Positions 38,901 through 50,385 of a DNA stretch of 64,000 nt are shown in pieces. The DNA is from Mobula birostris (Eukaryota), in contig NC_092372.1 of the NCBI RefSeq assembly GCF_030028105.1, positions 103,110,687 through 103,174,686 of the forward strand. The letters run 5' to 3'. Below the pieces are notes generated by a model. The model saw nothing but the letters and a program-made list of their open reading frames with translations, did not search any database and was not told where the DNA came from. Every line of letters starts with the position of its first letter. Within the stretch, counting starts at the first letter, position 1. The position numbers and the translations under genes were made by a program.

Positions 38901-40527
38901 GGATGACTTGCAGTGGACTGAAAAGCTTGAGCATGCAGATATTAAGAAAAAGGATGTGCTGGAGCTTTTAGAAAGCATCAAGTTGGATAAGTCACCGGGA
39001 CCGGACAGGATGTACCCCAGGCTACAGTGGGAAGCGAGGGAGGAGATTGCTGAGCCTCTGGCGATAATCTTTGCATCATCAATGAGAATGGGAGAGGATC
39101 CGGAGGATTGGAGGGTTGTGGATGTTGTTCCCTTATTCAAGAAAGGGAGTAGAGATGGCCCAGGAAATTATAGGCCAGTGAGTCTTAATTCAGTGGTTAG
39201 TAAGTTGATGGAGAAGATCCTGAGAGGCAGGATTTATGAACATTTGGAGAGGCATATTATGATTAGGAATAGTCAGCATAGCTTTGTCAAAAACAGGTCA
39301 TGACTTTCAAGCCTGATTGAGTTTTTTGAGGATGTGACTAAACACATTGATGAGGGTAGAGCCGCAGATGTAGTGTATATGGATTTCAGCAAGGCATTTG
39401 ATAAGGTACCCCATGCAAGGCTTATTGAGAAAGTAAGGAGGCATGGGATCCAAGGGGACATTGCTTTGTGGATCCAGAAATGGCTTGCCCACAGACCGGT
39501 TGTAGACAAGTCATATTCGGCATGGTGACCAGTGGTGTGCCTTAGGAATCTGATCTGGGACCCCTGCTCTTTGTGATTTTTAAAAATGATCTGGATGAGG
39601 AAGTGGAGGGATGGGTTAGTAAATTTGCTGATGACACAATGATTGGGGGTGTTGTGGATAGTGTGGAGGGCTGTCAGAGGTTACAACGGGACATTGATAG
39701 GATACAAAACCGGGTTGAGAAGTGATAGATGGAGCTCAACCCAGATAAGCGTGAGGTGGTTCATTTTGGTAGGTCAAATATGATGGTAGAATATAGCATT
39801 AATGGCAAGATTCTTGGCAGTGTGGAGGATCAGAGGGATTTTGGGGTCCGAGTCCACAGGACACTCAAAGCAGCTGTGCAGGTTGATTCTGTGGTTAAGA
39901 AGGCATACGGTGTATTGGCCTTCATCAATCGTAGGATTGAGTTTAAGAGCCGAGAGGTAATGTTGCAGCTATATAGGACCCTGGTCAGACCCCACTTGGA
40001 GTACTGTGCTCAGTTCTGGTCGCTTCACTACAGGAAGGACGTGGAAACCATAGAAAGGGTGCAGAGGAGATTTGCAAGTATGTTGCCGGGATTGGGGAGC
40101 ATGCCTTATGAGAATAGGTTGAGTGAACTCAGCCTTTTCTCCTTGGAGCGATGGAGGATGAGAGGTGATGTGTAAAGGTGTACAAGATAATGAGAGGCAT
40201 TGATCTTTTGGATAGTCAGAGCCTTTTTCCCAGAGCTGAAATGGCTAGCACAAGAGGGCATAGTTGTAAGGTGCTTGGAAGTAGGTACAGAGGAGATGTC
40301 AGGGGTAAGTTTTTTACGTAGAGAGTGGTGAGTGCATGGAATGGGCTGCGACAGTAGTGGTGGAGGTGGAAATGATAGGGTCTTTTAAGAGACTCCTGGA
40401 TGGATACATGGAGCTTTGAAAAATAGAGGGCTATAGGTAAGCCCAGGTAGTTCTAAGGTAAGTACATATTTGGCACAGCTTTGTGGGCTGAAGGGCTTGT
40501 ATTGTTCTGTAGGTTTTCTATGTTTCC
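35961..40527 (+). mobile_element. Long CR1 LINE (ORF1 SGNH esterase, ORF2 APE endonuclease and RT), inactivated
   Basis: ORF1 VIGDSTVRG, VVVHIGTNDI, DGLHLN; ORF2 [34 protein letters not shown]; many stops; empty site near 24955-24965. Confidence 0.92.
37432..38261 (+). mobile_element. Tigger/pogo DNA transposon derivative nested in CR1 (contains N gap)
   Basis: TA duplications splitting CR1 ORF2, imperfect TIRs, HTH-psq/CENP-B-N remnant (KVELLQKLDRGVSVRHL...TTVYDL..QKDKL). Confidence 0.75.
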
Positions 40528-40908
40528 CTGAAAATTATTGTAAAAGAGGCTTCAAGCAGAGTTTGGTGGCAAAGAGATTCTGCAAGAGGAGGGCATACTG
40601 TAGGTAAATGAGTTCTGTTGTGTGGAGCATGCTCTGGGATTTGCAGACTGGGGGAGGAGATGAGGCAATGCACGTTTGCTCTGTAGCAACTGTGTGAGGC
40701 CAGCAGAGCAAACATTTAAAATGTGAACACTGAGGATGGATAAGATGCAAGAATGATTCCAGCTCTGGGACCAAAGCAACAACATGCTGATTCTTCAGAG
40801 AAAGTGTAGATTCTATCCAATGTTGGAAATGTCTTCACATTTTCCAAACCTGCAGCATTAAGGAGCTCGGAGATGTTGTAAAATGCAGATTTTGAATGTG
40901 AGAGCAAT

Positions 40909-41297
40909 TTCCTGGAAATCACAGGTATAAACTCCATCTTGTGGCCAGCATGCTCTTTTGAACTGCAGAGTTCCCAATTCTGTGAGAAGCAAAGCCCAGA
41001 ACTGGAATTCTAAAGCGTGAAAGGAAACAATTGGTTCAATTTGCACCAATAACTTTGCTAAAAGTGAATTATACATTTCTTCCTGAAAATAAGCAAATAA
41101 ATCTTCAAATTAGTCTCACAGAATCAATATCTACATCCAGCTGCAGCTCTGAAGCACACACATGCTGAAATGTAAAGCTACAGAAGTGAAAGTAGATCTG
41201 AGCTGGGAGCAGGAAATCCCCTGCTTCAGGACGTCAGTGTTTAGCAGAGTTCCCTGCATGAGATTATGTAAAGTGGAGAGGAGTGTCCCAATAAATA
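40909..41297 (+). promoter_or_regulatory. Proximal promoter of chemokine copy 4
   Basis: GAS TTCCTGGAA (40909-40917), IRF element AGAAGTGAAAGT, kB GGAAATCCCC, CRE-like GGACGTCA, TTATGTAA in place of the octamer, TATA-like AATAAATA (41290-41297). Confidence 0.72.
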
Positions 41298-41385
41298 GAA
41301 GCTCACTGAATGGTTTCAGCATGTCTCGATTCAGCAGAGAACAGCTGCATTGAACAGAAGATCCGTCTGCAGTACAAAGTGGAAG

Positions 41386-44300
41386 ATGGACAGAACAGCC
41401 ACTGTAACCATCCTCATCCTCCTTCTGTGTGCCATTGCTGCACAGGGTACGTTGAGATATCTGAACTGGAGTTTTATTCAAGTGATGTACCTATTTCGTG
41501 GTTCTTGTGTTGTTTACAATGTAGAAAGCAATTAAAGAGGGGAATAGTTAAATACCTGTAACTGTAAACCCCTTCTGTATTAAGTTAAGATTAATTCATG
41601 CAGCTGGACTGCAGAGGTAGAAAGTAAAGTGAACTTTGGTCAAAGAGGATTTGTATTGTGTTTTTGGCTAAAGCTGTTCTTTAGTCTTTTTATTTCATGC
41701 TGCTAATTAAGATTCAGGAGAAAAATCTCATATTAATGCAAGTTTTTGCAACATTTGAGAGTGAGATGTGCAAGCTCCTGTCTGGTGATGCTTTGATGAA
41801 GCAAAAACACTGGAGAAATTATCAGCAAGTTTTACAGGCTTTGTTCTCCTTGAAGCAACAATGAAATCTGAGTGAATATAATCTTTCCTCAGGTGTTCCG
41901 ACCCCAAGAGCACAAGGACAGTGCAAATGCATTCGGACCAGCTTTGATGTTATTCATCCGAAGTTCATCAGGAGTTTGAAATACATTCCGAGAGGATCGC
42001 GCTGTGGGAGAGCGGAGATAATGTGAGTAAAGTAGCCAGATTATCACCTTGAACTTTATTCCTTTACTGATGTTTGTTTCATAAACTATGCACTTTAAGA
42101 AAAGATATTATTTCTGTGACTAAATTTTGAACAACACTTTCTTTTCATAGTGTCACACTGAAAAATGAGAAGAAACTGTGTGTGGATCCTGATGCCAGGT
42201 GGTTGCAGGCTCTCATAACAGCCATGAAAGGTCAGTGTTTGGTGTTTGTCAAAATTTACACTTAAGCTGTTAGGTAATGTAGATGTAAAGAATTGATTTT
42301 GCTGTGTGACTCTGGTCCTTCATAGTGGAGGGTGCAGTCTGCTCCTCACTGTTGTTCCAGCTGTAACCTGGATTATAGGAAGGATATCAGTAAGATTGAA
42401 GGAGTGCAGAGATTTACTAGGATGTTGCTGGATCTTCAGGAGTTGAATTATAGGGAAAGATTGAACAGGTTAGGACTTTAATCCTTGGAGCGTAGAAGAA
42501 TGAGGGGGGGTTTGATAGAGGTTTACAAAATTATGTGTCATGGTCCAATCCGTGAAATCCGCGTTCTGGTTCATGGTCTGGTCCATGGACTCCGGACTCC
42601 GGGTCTTCCGGCTGTCCCTTGTTTCAGTTGGGCTTAACCATAGGCACCTGATGCTCATCTTGGGGCTGGGAATATAAGTGGCCCTGGGTTTGTCTTGTCA
42701 GTATCCTGCCCTTGCCTCTGTGGGTTAAGTCAGGCTGCCTTTGCCATTACCCTAGACTCTTCCCTTCTCTTCCCCTCCTTCTGAAGCCTTTTGAAGCCTT
42801 CCCTGTTTTGCTGTCAAGTTCTACTGCTGGAGCAAGACCAGAACCTTGCTGTGTCAAGATTAGAAACTGTCTATCATTGTTTGGAATTGTTTTTGTGTCC
42901 TTGCCTTCACTAGGTAAGTCTGGCTGTTTGCCGTTACCTTGTGTTGGGAACCGTCTCTGTGTCCATGCCTTTGCTAGGTATGTCTGGCTGTTTGCCACTA
43001 CCTTGTGCTAGGAGCCATCTCATCCTGTTCAGCATTCTGTGTATGAGTCCTGGCCCTACATCCTGTTCCCAAGGAAGGGTCCCAGCTCTATGTTCTGTGT
43101 ATGAGTCCCAGTCCTATGTCCTGTTCCCAAGGAGGGGTTCTGGCTCTGTGTTCCATGTTCCTGTCTCTAAGTCCATGGCTCTGTGTTCCCATGCTCTAGA
43201 CCAAGGCTCCAGGTGTCCAATCCTCGTCCAAGGCTGCAGGCATCCAGTCCTTGTCCAAGGCTCTGAGGTTCCTGTCTCTCAAGACCACATTATGTCTTTG
43301 CCTAGTTCTGGAGTCCCAGCCTGAGTCTAGACCCAGGTTCTGGGTCCTTGCCCAGTCTTTGGCTTAGAGTCCATACCCGAGCCTCGAAGAGCCCGAGCCT
43401 CGTCAGGTACTCGCCTAGTTCTGGGGTCTGAGCCTGAGTCAAGACCCAAGTTCTGGGTCCTTGTCCAGTCTCTGGCTCAGAGTCCATACCCAGGCTCCTA
43501 GTTCCCAGTTCCTTGCCCTTTTCCTGCTTTCCTAGCCAAAGTCCTAGTCTGTGTCTTGCGTTTGGGTCTGCCACCAACGTCCCCAGCTTATGACATTATG
43601 AGGAGTACAGAGAGAGTAAATTCAAGTAGGCTTTTTCCACATAGATTTGGAGAGATAAATATGAGAGGGCATAGCTTTAGGGTGAAAGGGGAAAGGTTAA
43701 GGGGGAACATTAGGGAGAACTTCACTCAGAGGTGGGAGTGTGGAATGAGCTGCCATCTGATGTGGTAAATGCAGGCTCACTCTTAAGTTTTAAGAATAAA
43801 TTGGATAGATACATGGATGGGAGAGGTCTGGAGGGTTATGAACTCGGTGCAGGTCAATGGGACAAGTGGAATAAAGTTTTGGCACAGACTGGAAGGGCCT
43901 AATGGCCTGTTTTCTGTGCTGTAGTGTTCTGTGGTCCTATGGGCAGCAAACTCATTTGCCATGTTTGCTGTCAGAGCTGAGCCTCTCACTTTATTAACGT
44001 TCCTTGGAACATTACTGTGGTAGGGACCAGGAAGTAGAGGTTGAGTCACTATAAAGCTATTAATTGAAGAAGTGATGGCTGTTACAATTATTACACCTTT
44101 TAATCCTAGCTGAGGCCAACAAATGAAGGATGGTTTCATTCTAATCAGAGGTGTTAGATATAAAATATTAAATAGTGATTTTTCACCATAGGTTGCAACC
44201 ATTGAAAAGGGGTGGGGGAGGGTATAAATTATTGGGGTGGCAGTTGCACAGAATGATTTGTCCTGGATGGTCTCCAGCATCTTGGTGTTGGAGCTACAGG

Positions 44301-44760
44301 TAGTGCTTACTCTCTAGAACAGGGGTTCCCAACATGGGGTCCTTGGATCCCTTGCTTAATGGTATTGGTCCACAGTATAAAAAAGGTGGGAAGGCCTGCT
44401 CTAGAGTTTTTCCTTGTAAGGAGATGATAGGATGATAAATGGGTGCCAGGAAGTGATTCAACTCAGATCAATACAGTAGATAGTGAACTGTTGCTGCCAG
44501 GGAAGACAGCAATGGTACATCACATGCCTGCATGGTGTAACTTTGTGAGAAGTTAGAAATGAACTTGAACACAGTACAATGCATTTTGGTTTATACTGTT
44601 TACAATATCAATGAGGTATGAGCAAGTTTCCAAGGCATCTTTTTGTGGAAAGTCAGTTTGAAAACTCTTTTAACGCTGTTGCTTGAGACACTATATGCTG
44701 AAAATCTGTGGGTAATGATACAAATTATTCAATTATTTTACAGGTGGGAAACAACACTAA
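41386..44760 (+). CDS. CXC chemokine copy 4 (diverged, inverted), 95 aa; coding exons 41386-41446, 41893-42022, 42151-42230, 44744-44760
   Basis: Spliced product MDRTATVTILILLLCAIAAQG|VPTPRAQGQCKCIRTSFDVIHPKFIRSLKYIPRGSRCGRAEIIVTLKNEKKLCVDPDARWLQALITAMKGGKQH*; canonical GT-AG sites; intron 3 expanded by CR1/LTR insertions. Confidence 0.93.
42372..43940 (+). mobile_element. CR1 3' fragment in intron 3 of copy 4, split by a solo LTR
   Basis: 42372-42535 and 43596-43940 match the 3' end of CR1 4552-7016; absent from intron 3 of copies 1-3. Confidence 0.85.
42536..43595. mobile_element. Solo LTR
   Basis: TGTCAT...ATGACA termini with exact 5-bp TSD TTATG (42531-42535, 43596-43600); internal sub-repeats; no coding capacity. 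Confidence 0.8.
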
Positions 44761-46214
44761 TCAAAAAACTGAAGCTGCAAAATGAGGGAATCAATTCCAT
44801 CTCTGGATCATCCGATGGGGAATGATGGAAGCTCAGCCCTGGGTGTTGACTCTGTGATATCACCATCCAGTAGTTCATTCCAGTGTCTCCTCTTCATTGT
44901 CTTCTGAGAGTGATCTTGGAGTTCCTCCCTGACACAGGACATGTTTATACCCTGCCATGCTGTCTGTTTACATTTGATGATTCCATCTGCTGTTTTGTTA
45001 AACATTGTGCAAATTCAATGTTTCTTATGCCATTTGTGGTAACTAAAATAAATTCTGTGATCTGTAAACCTGTGGAAAAGTGTAAATGAGCCTGGAGTCA
45101 TTTGCCAAAACTTAATATTAGCTATTGGGTTGGGAGAAAATGGTGGTAATAAACTAAGATGGTGGATGAATCTCCATGACTAAAGAGTTAAAATGATCTC
45201 AGGCCACAAGGGAAGCCAACGATGGGGTTGTGGACTGTGCTCTCTCCCATCCCTGAAATTAAACCATGGGATTGTTTACAACAATTCAAACTCCAACCTT
45301 CCCCTTTCCAGTTTAAATTCTGTTTGGAATCAGTGAAATACTATTGAGAAAATGTGTTTGTTCTAATTTGAATGCTTCACTGCTAAATACTGTTCAGAAT
45401 CAATGATATACTAATGGAAATACTTTTGACCAAATATATTTGTTCGAGTTTCACTGAAACCGTCTTGTACAGAAATACCAGAACAAACGCTTGAATTTCA
45501 CTTTGTGCCTTTTTACTCCAATGTTTTTGACAGTTGTTACTTTAACTGCAAATATGGTGTTCTTTTTCTGTAAAGTGTCAGTATTTAGAATCTATCCAAA
45601 ATCTGCTGAAGTAAATACTCCACTGATGTAATTTTTATGTTAAATATGTACATTTTAGAAGATAGTGTTGCTAATAGTCTGATAATCACTGGATGAAATA
45701 AAAGTTTTAATTAAGAATGAAGTCTATATGGTGATAGAAATATTTTGTCCCTTGGGAACTTTTACTGTCTGGATTTAGTTTATCATCCATCAAAGCTGGA
45801 CCTTTGATATATGTGAATGAATTTGTTGAGCATTCTTCAAAGTATCTAAGAAGTTAAAATAAATCGTATTTCTAAAAAAGAATTTGTTGTCAGTGCTTCT
45901 GAATTTTCAGTAAACAATCCTGTGTTTCTTCATTTAATAAATTAACTAATTAAAGAATGAAGAGCAACGTGTTCTCAGTTGAATCTGCACTTTGGTGGGA
46001 TTTTTAGGGGTTTAAATCCAATGTCTTGTGTGAGGAGAATTAAAAAATGGGCAATAATTTTAAGGGATAATTATCATAAGCACAATGTACAATATTCATA
46101 ATTCTATATGGTTGAGCTCAAGTTTGCCTCATGACACTTCTGGGGCACCTGGGTGCGACTCGCCTAGCAGCAGAGCTCTCAATAGTTAAATATTCACATT
46201 TCAGCCTGAAACAG

Positions 46215-49200
46215 ATAAAAAACACAATTGCTTCCAAGGTCAGTACAGTCACTAACGATGTCTTAATGCAGTTAAATTAACTATTGCTGCTTAAAACTGA
46301 TGGAAACAACACCAATTGTGGTCGGAAGTGCCCACTGAAGACACCTTGGAGGAAGCACAGGTGTAGAGCGGGGTTATAAGTGTGTTTAAGGAAACTGGGT
46401 TTTAAATTCCCTATACCGACTATCTTGCTGGCAAACGTGCAGTCTCTGGTGAATAAAATCAATGATCTCAGAGCTAGGGTGCTGAATCAGAGGGACTTTA
46501 GGACCGCATGTGTCCTTTGTTTCACAGAATCCTGGTTAACCTCTTCTGTACCAGATGCAGCGATTCAGATCGACGGGTTTACTATACAGCATCAGGATAG
46601 ATCTATAGAGTCTCTCAAAAGCAGAGGTGGAGTATGCCACATGATCAACTCTTCTTGGTGCACAAATATATCTCTGCTGTCCCAATTCTGCTCACCAGAC
46701 CTGAAATATCTAGCAATAAAGTGCCATCCTTTTTACCTACCACGGGGAGTTCTCTGAGGTCATTTTGGTAGTAGTTTACGTTCCACCTCAGGCCAATGTC
46801 AAGCAGGCTTTAGATAATCTGAGTACTGCAATGGGATCAACGTACACGAAACAGCGCATCCTAATGCCTTCACTGTCGTTTTGGGAGATCTTAATCAGGC
46901 CAGTCTGAAAAAATCACTAAGCAACTACCATCAATAGATCACTTGCAATACCAGAGGAAACAACACACTGGACCATTGCTACACCACAATCGAGAATGCC
47001 TACTGGGCTATTCCACACCCTCACTTTGGGAAGTCTGATCACCTGGCTGTACTTCTACTCCCTGAGTATAGGCAGAGACTGAAGACTGCAGCACCAGTAG
47101 TGAGGACCAAGAAGGTTTGGAGAAGGGAAGCACAGGAGCACTTATAGGACTGCTTTGAATCGGTGGACTGGACTGTATTCAGGGATTCAGCTTCGGGTCT
47201 GAATGAGCATGTTGCAGTTGCTAATGACTTCATTAAAACCTGTGTGGATGAGTGTGTGCCCACAAAGACTTACTGTACATTCCCAAACCAAAAGCCATGG
47301 ATGAACCAGGAGGTACGTCATCTGCCAGGAGGTAGATCTGTGGCATTCAAGTCTGGCAAACCAGGCCCGTACCAGAAAACCAGGTATGACTTGCAGAGGG
47401 CTACTTCAAGGGCAAAGAGACAAGTTTGAATAAGTTTGGAGGTGACATCAGAAGCACGGTAAATCTGGTAGGATTTCTCATAGTCATAGTCATACTTTAT
47501 AGAGCCCAGGGGAAATTGGTTTTCGTTATAGTTGCACCATAAATAATTAAATAGTAATAAAATCATAAATAGTTAAATAATAATATGTAAATTATGCCAG
47601 GAAATAAGTCCAGGACCAGTCTATTGGCTCAGGGTGTCTGACCCTCCAAGGGAGGAGTTGTAAAGTTTGATGGCCACAGGCAGGAATGACTTCCTATGAC
47701 ACTCAATGCTGCATCTCGGTGGAATGAGTCTCTGGCTGAATGTACTCCTGTGCCCAACCAGTACATTATGTAGTGGATGGGAGACATTGTCCAAGATGGC
47801 ATGCAACTTGGACAGCATCCTCTTTTCAGACACCACCGTGAGAGAGTCCAGTTCCATCCCCACAACATCACTGGCCTTAAGAATGAGTTTGTTGATTCTG
47901 TTGGTGTCTGCTACCCTCAGCCTGCTGCCCCAGCACACAACAGCAAGCATGATCGCACTGGCCACCACAGACTCTTAGAACATCCTCAGCATCGTCCGAC
48001 AGATGTTAAAGGACCTCATTCTCCTCAAGAAATAGAGACCGCTCTGACCCTTCTTGTAGAGAGCCTCAGTGTTCTTTGACCAGTCCGGTTTATTGTCAAT
48101 TCGTATCCCCAGGTATTTGTAATCCTCCACCATGTCCACACTGACCCCCTGGAAGGAAACAGGAATCACCAGTACCTTGGCTCTCCTCAGGTCTACCACC
48201 AGCTCCTTAGTCTTTTTCACATTAAGCTGCAGATAATTCTGCTCACACCATGTGACAAAGTTTCCTACCGTAGCCCTGTACTCAGCCTCATCTCCCTTGC
48301 TGATGCATCCAACTATTGCAGAGTCATCGGAAAACTTCTGAAGATGACAAGACTCTGTGCAGTAGTTGAAGTCCGAGGTGTAAATGGTGAAGAGAAAGGG
48401 AGACAAGACAGTCCCCTGTGGAGCCCCAGTGCTGCTGATCATTCTGTCAGACACACAGTGTTGCAAGCACACGTACTGTGGTCTGCCAGTCAGGTAATCA
48501 AGAATCAGGTAATCAGCAATGTAAGACCTTGCTTCCTACAAAACCAAACCCAACAGCATGAATGGCAGTGATGCTTCACTACCAGATGAACTCAACACCT
48601 CCTATGCAAGCTTTGAAGGGGAGAACATAACTACAGCTGTGAAGATCCCTGTTGCACCTGATGACCCTCTGATCTCCGTCTCAGAGGCTGATGTTAGGCT
48701 GTCTTTAAAGAGAGTGAACCCTTGCAAGATCGAAGGTCCTGATGGAGTACCTGGTAAGGCTCTGAAAACCAGTGCCAGCCAACTAGCGGGAGTATTCAAG
48801 GAAATTTTCATCCTCTCACTGCTGGGGGCGGAATTCCCACTTGCTTCAAAAAGGCAACAATTATACCAGTGCCTAAGAAGAATAATGTGGGCTGCCTTAA
48901 TGACTATCACCCGGTAGCACTGACATCGACAGTGATGAAATGCTTCGAGAGGATGGTCATGACTAGACTGAACTCCTGCCTCAGCAAGGACCTGGACCCA
49001 TTGCAATTTGCCTATCACCATAACAGGTCAGTCTCAATGGCTCTCCACATGGTTTTAGAGCACCTGAACAACACAAACACCTATGTCAGGATGCTGCTCA
49101 TCGACTATAGCTCAGCATTTAATACCATCATTCCCACAATCCTGATTGAGAAGTTGCAGAACCTGGGCCTCTGTATTTCCCTCTGCAATTGGATCCTCGA

Positions 49201-50385
49201 CTTCATAACCGGAAGACCACAATCTGTGTGGATTGGTGATAACATATCCTCCTCGCTGACGATCAACCTGGGCCTCTGTATTTCCCTCTGCAATTGGATC
49301 CTCGACTTCATAACCGGAAGACCACAATCTGTGTGGATTGTGGTCTTCCGGACATATCCTCCTCGCTGACGATCAACACTGACTCACCTCAGGGGTGTGT
49401 GCTCAGCCCACTGCTCTACTCTCTGTATACACATGACTATGTGGCTAGGCATAGCTCAAGTACCATCTATAAATTTGCTGATGATACAACCATTGTTGGT
49501 AGAATCTCAGATGGTGACGAAAGGGCGTACAGGAGTGAGATATGCCAACTAGTGGAGTGGTGCCACAGCAACAAACTGGTACTCAGCGTCAGTAAGACGA
49601 AAGAGCTGATTGTGGACTTCAGGAAGGGTAAGACGAAGGAACACATACCAATTCTCATAGAGGGATCAGAAGTGGAGAGAGTGAGCAGTTTCAATTTCCT
49701 GGGTGTCAAGATCTCTGAGGATCTAACCTGGTCCCAACACATCGATGTAGTTATAAAGAAGGCAAGACAGCGGCTATACCTTATTAGGAGTTTGAAGAGA
49801 TTTGGCATGTCAACAAATACACTCAAAAACTTCTATAGTTGTACTGTGGAGAGCATTCTGACAGGCTGCATCACTGTCTGGTATGGAGGGACTACTGCAC
49901 AGGACTGAAAAAAGCTGCAGAAGGTTGTAAATCTATTCAGCTCCATCTTGGGTACTAGCCTACAAAGTACCCTGGACATCTTTAAGGAGCAGTGTCTCAG
50001 TAAGGTAGCATCCATTATTAAGGACCTCCAGCACCCAGGGCATGCCCTTTTCTCACTGTTACCATCAGGTAGGAGGTACAGAAGCCTGAAGGCGCACACT
50101 CAGTGATTAGGGAACAGCTTCTCCCCCTCTGCCATCCGATTCCTAAATGGACATTTAATCTTGGACATGACCTCAATTTTTAAAAAATATATAGCATTTA
50201 TGTTTTTTGCATGATTTTTAATCTATTCAATATATGTATACTATATAAAGTATACTGAATAAGATTTATTTATTATTACTATTATTATTTTTTTCTTCTA
50301 TATTATGTATTGCATTGAACTGCTGTTGCTAAGTTAACAAATTTCACATTACATGCCGCTGATAATAAACCTAATTCTTTTTCTG
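46215..50385 (+). mobile_element. Rex1/Babar-type LINE (APE + RT), near full-length ORF, inactivated
   Basis: ILLANVQSL..VLCFTESWL (APE), [51 protein letters not shown]; 5' boundary approximate. Confidence 0.88.
47477..48500 (-). mobile_element. Rex1/Babar-type LINE 3' part nested in the previous element; same family as 26889-27634
   Basis: GAPQGTVLSPFLF, KFSDD, TKELVVDLRR; (TATGAC)n tail. Confidence 0.88.

Noticed and set aside
42990-43520. Short recurring repeats resembling an array
   Set aside because: Degenerate sub-repeats within a solo LTR; no constant repeat/unique spacer structure, so not CRISPR-like.
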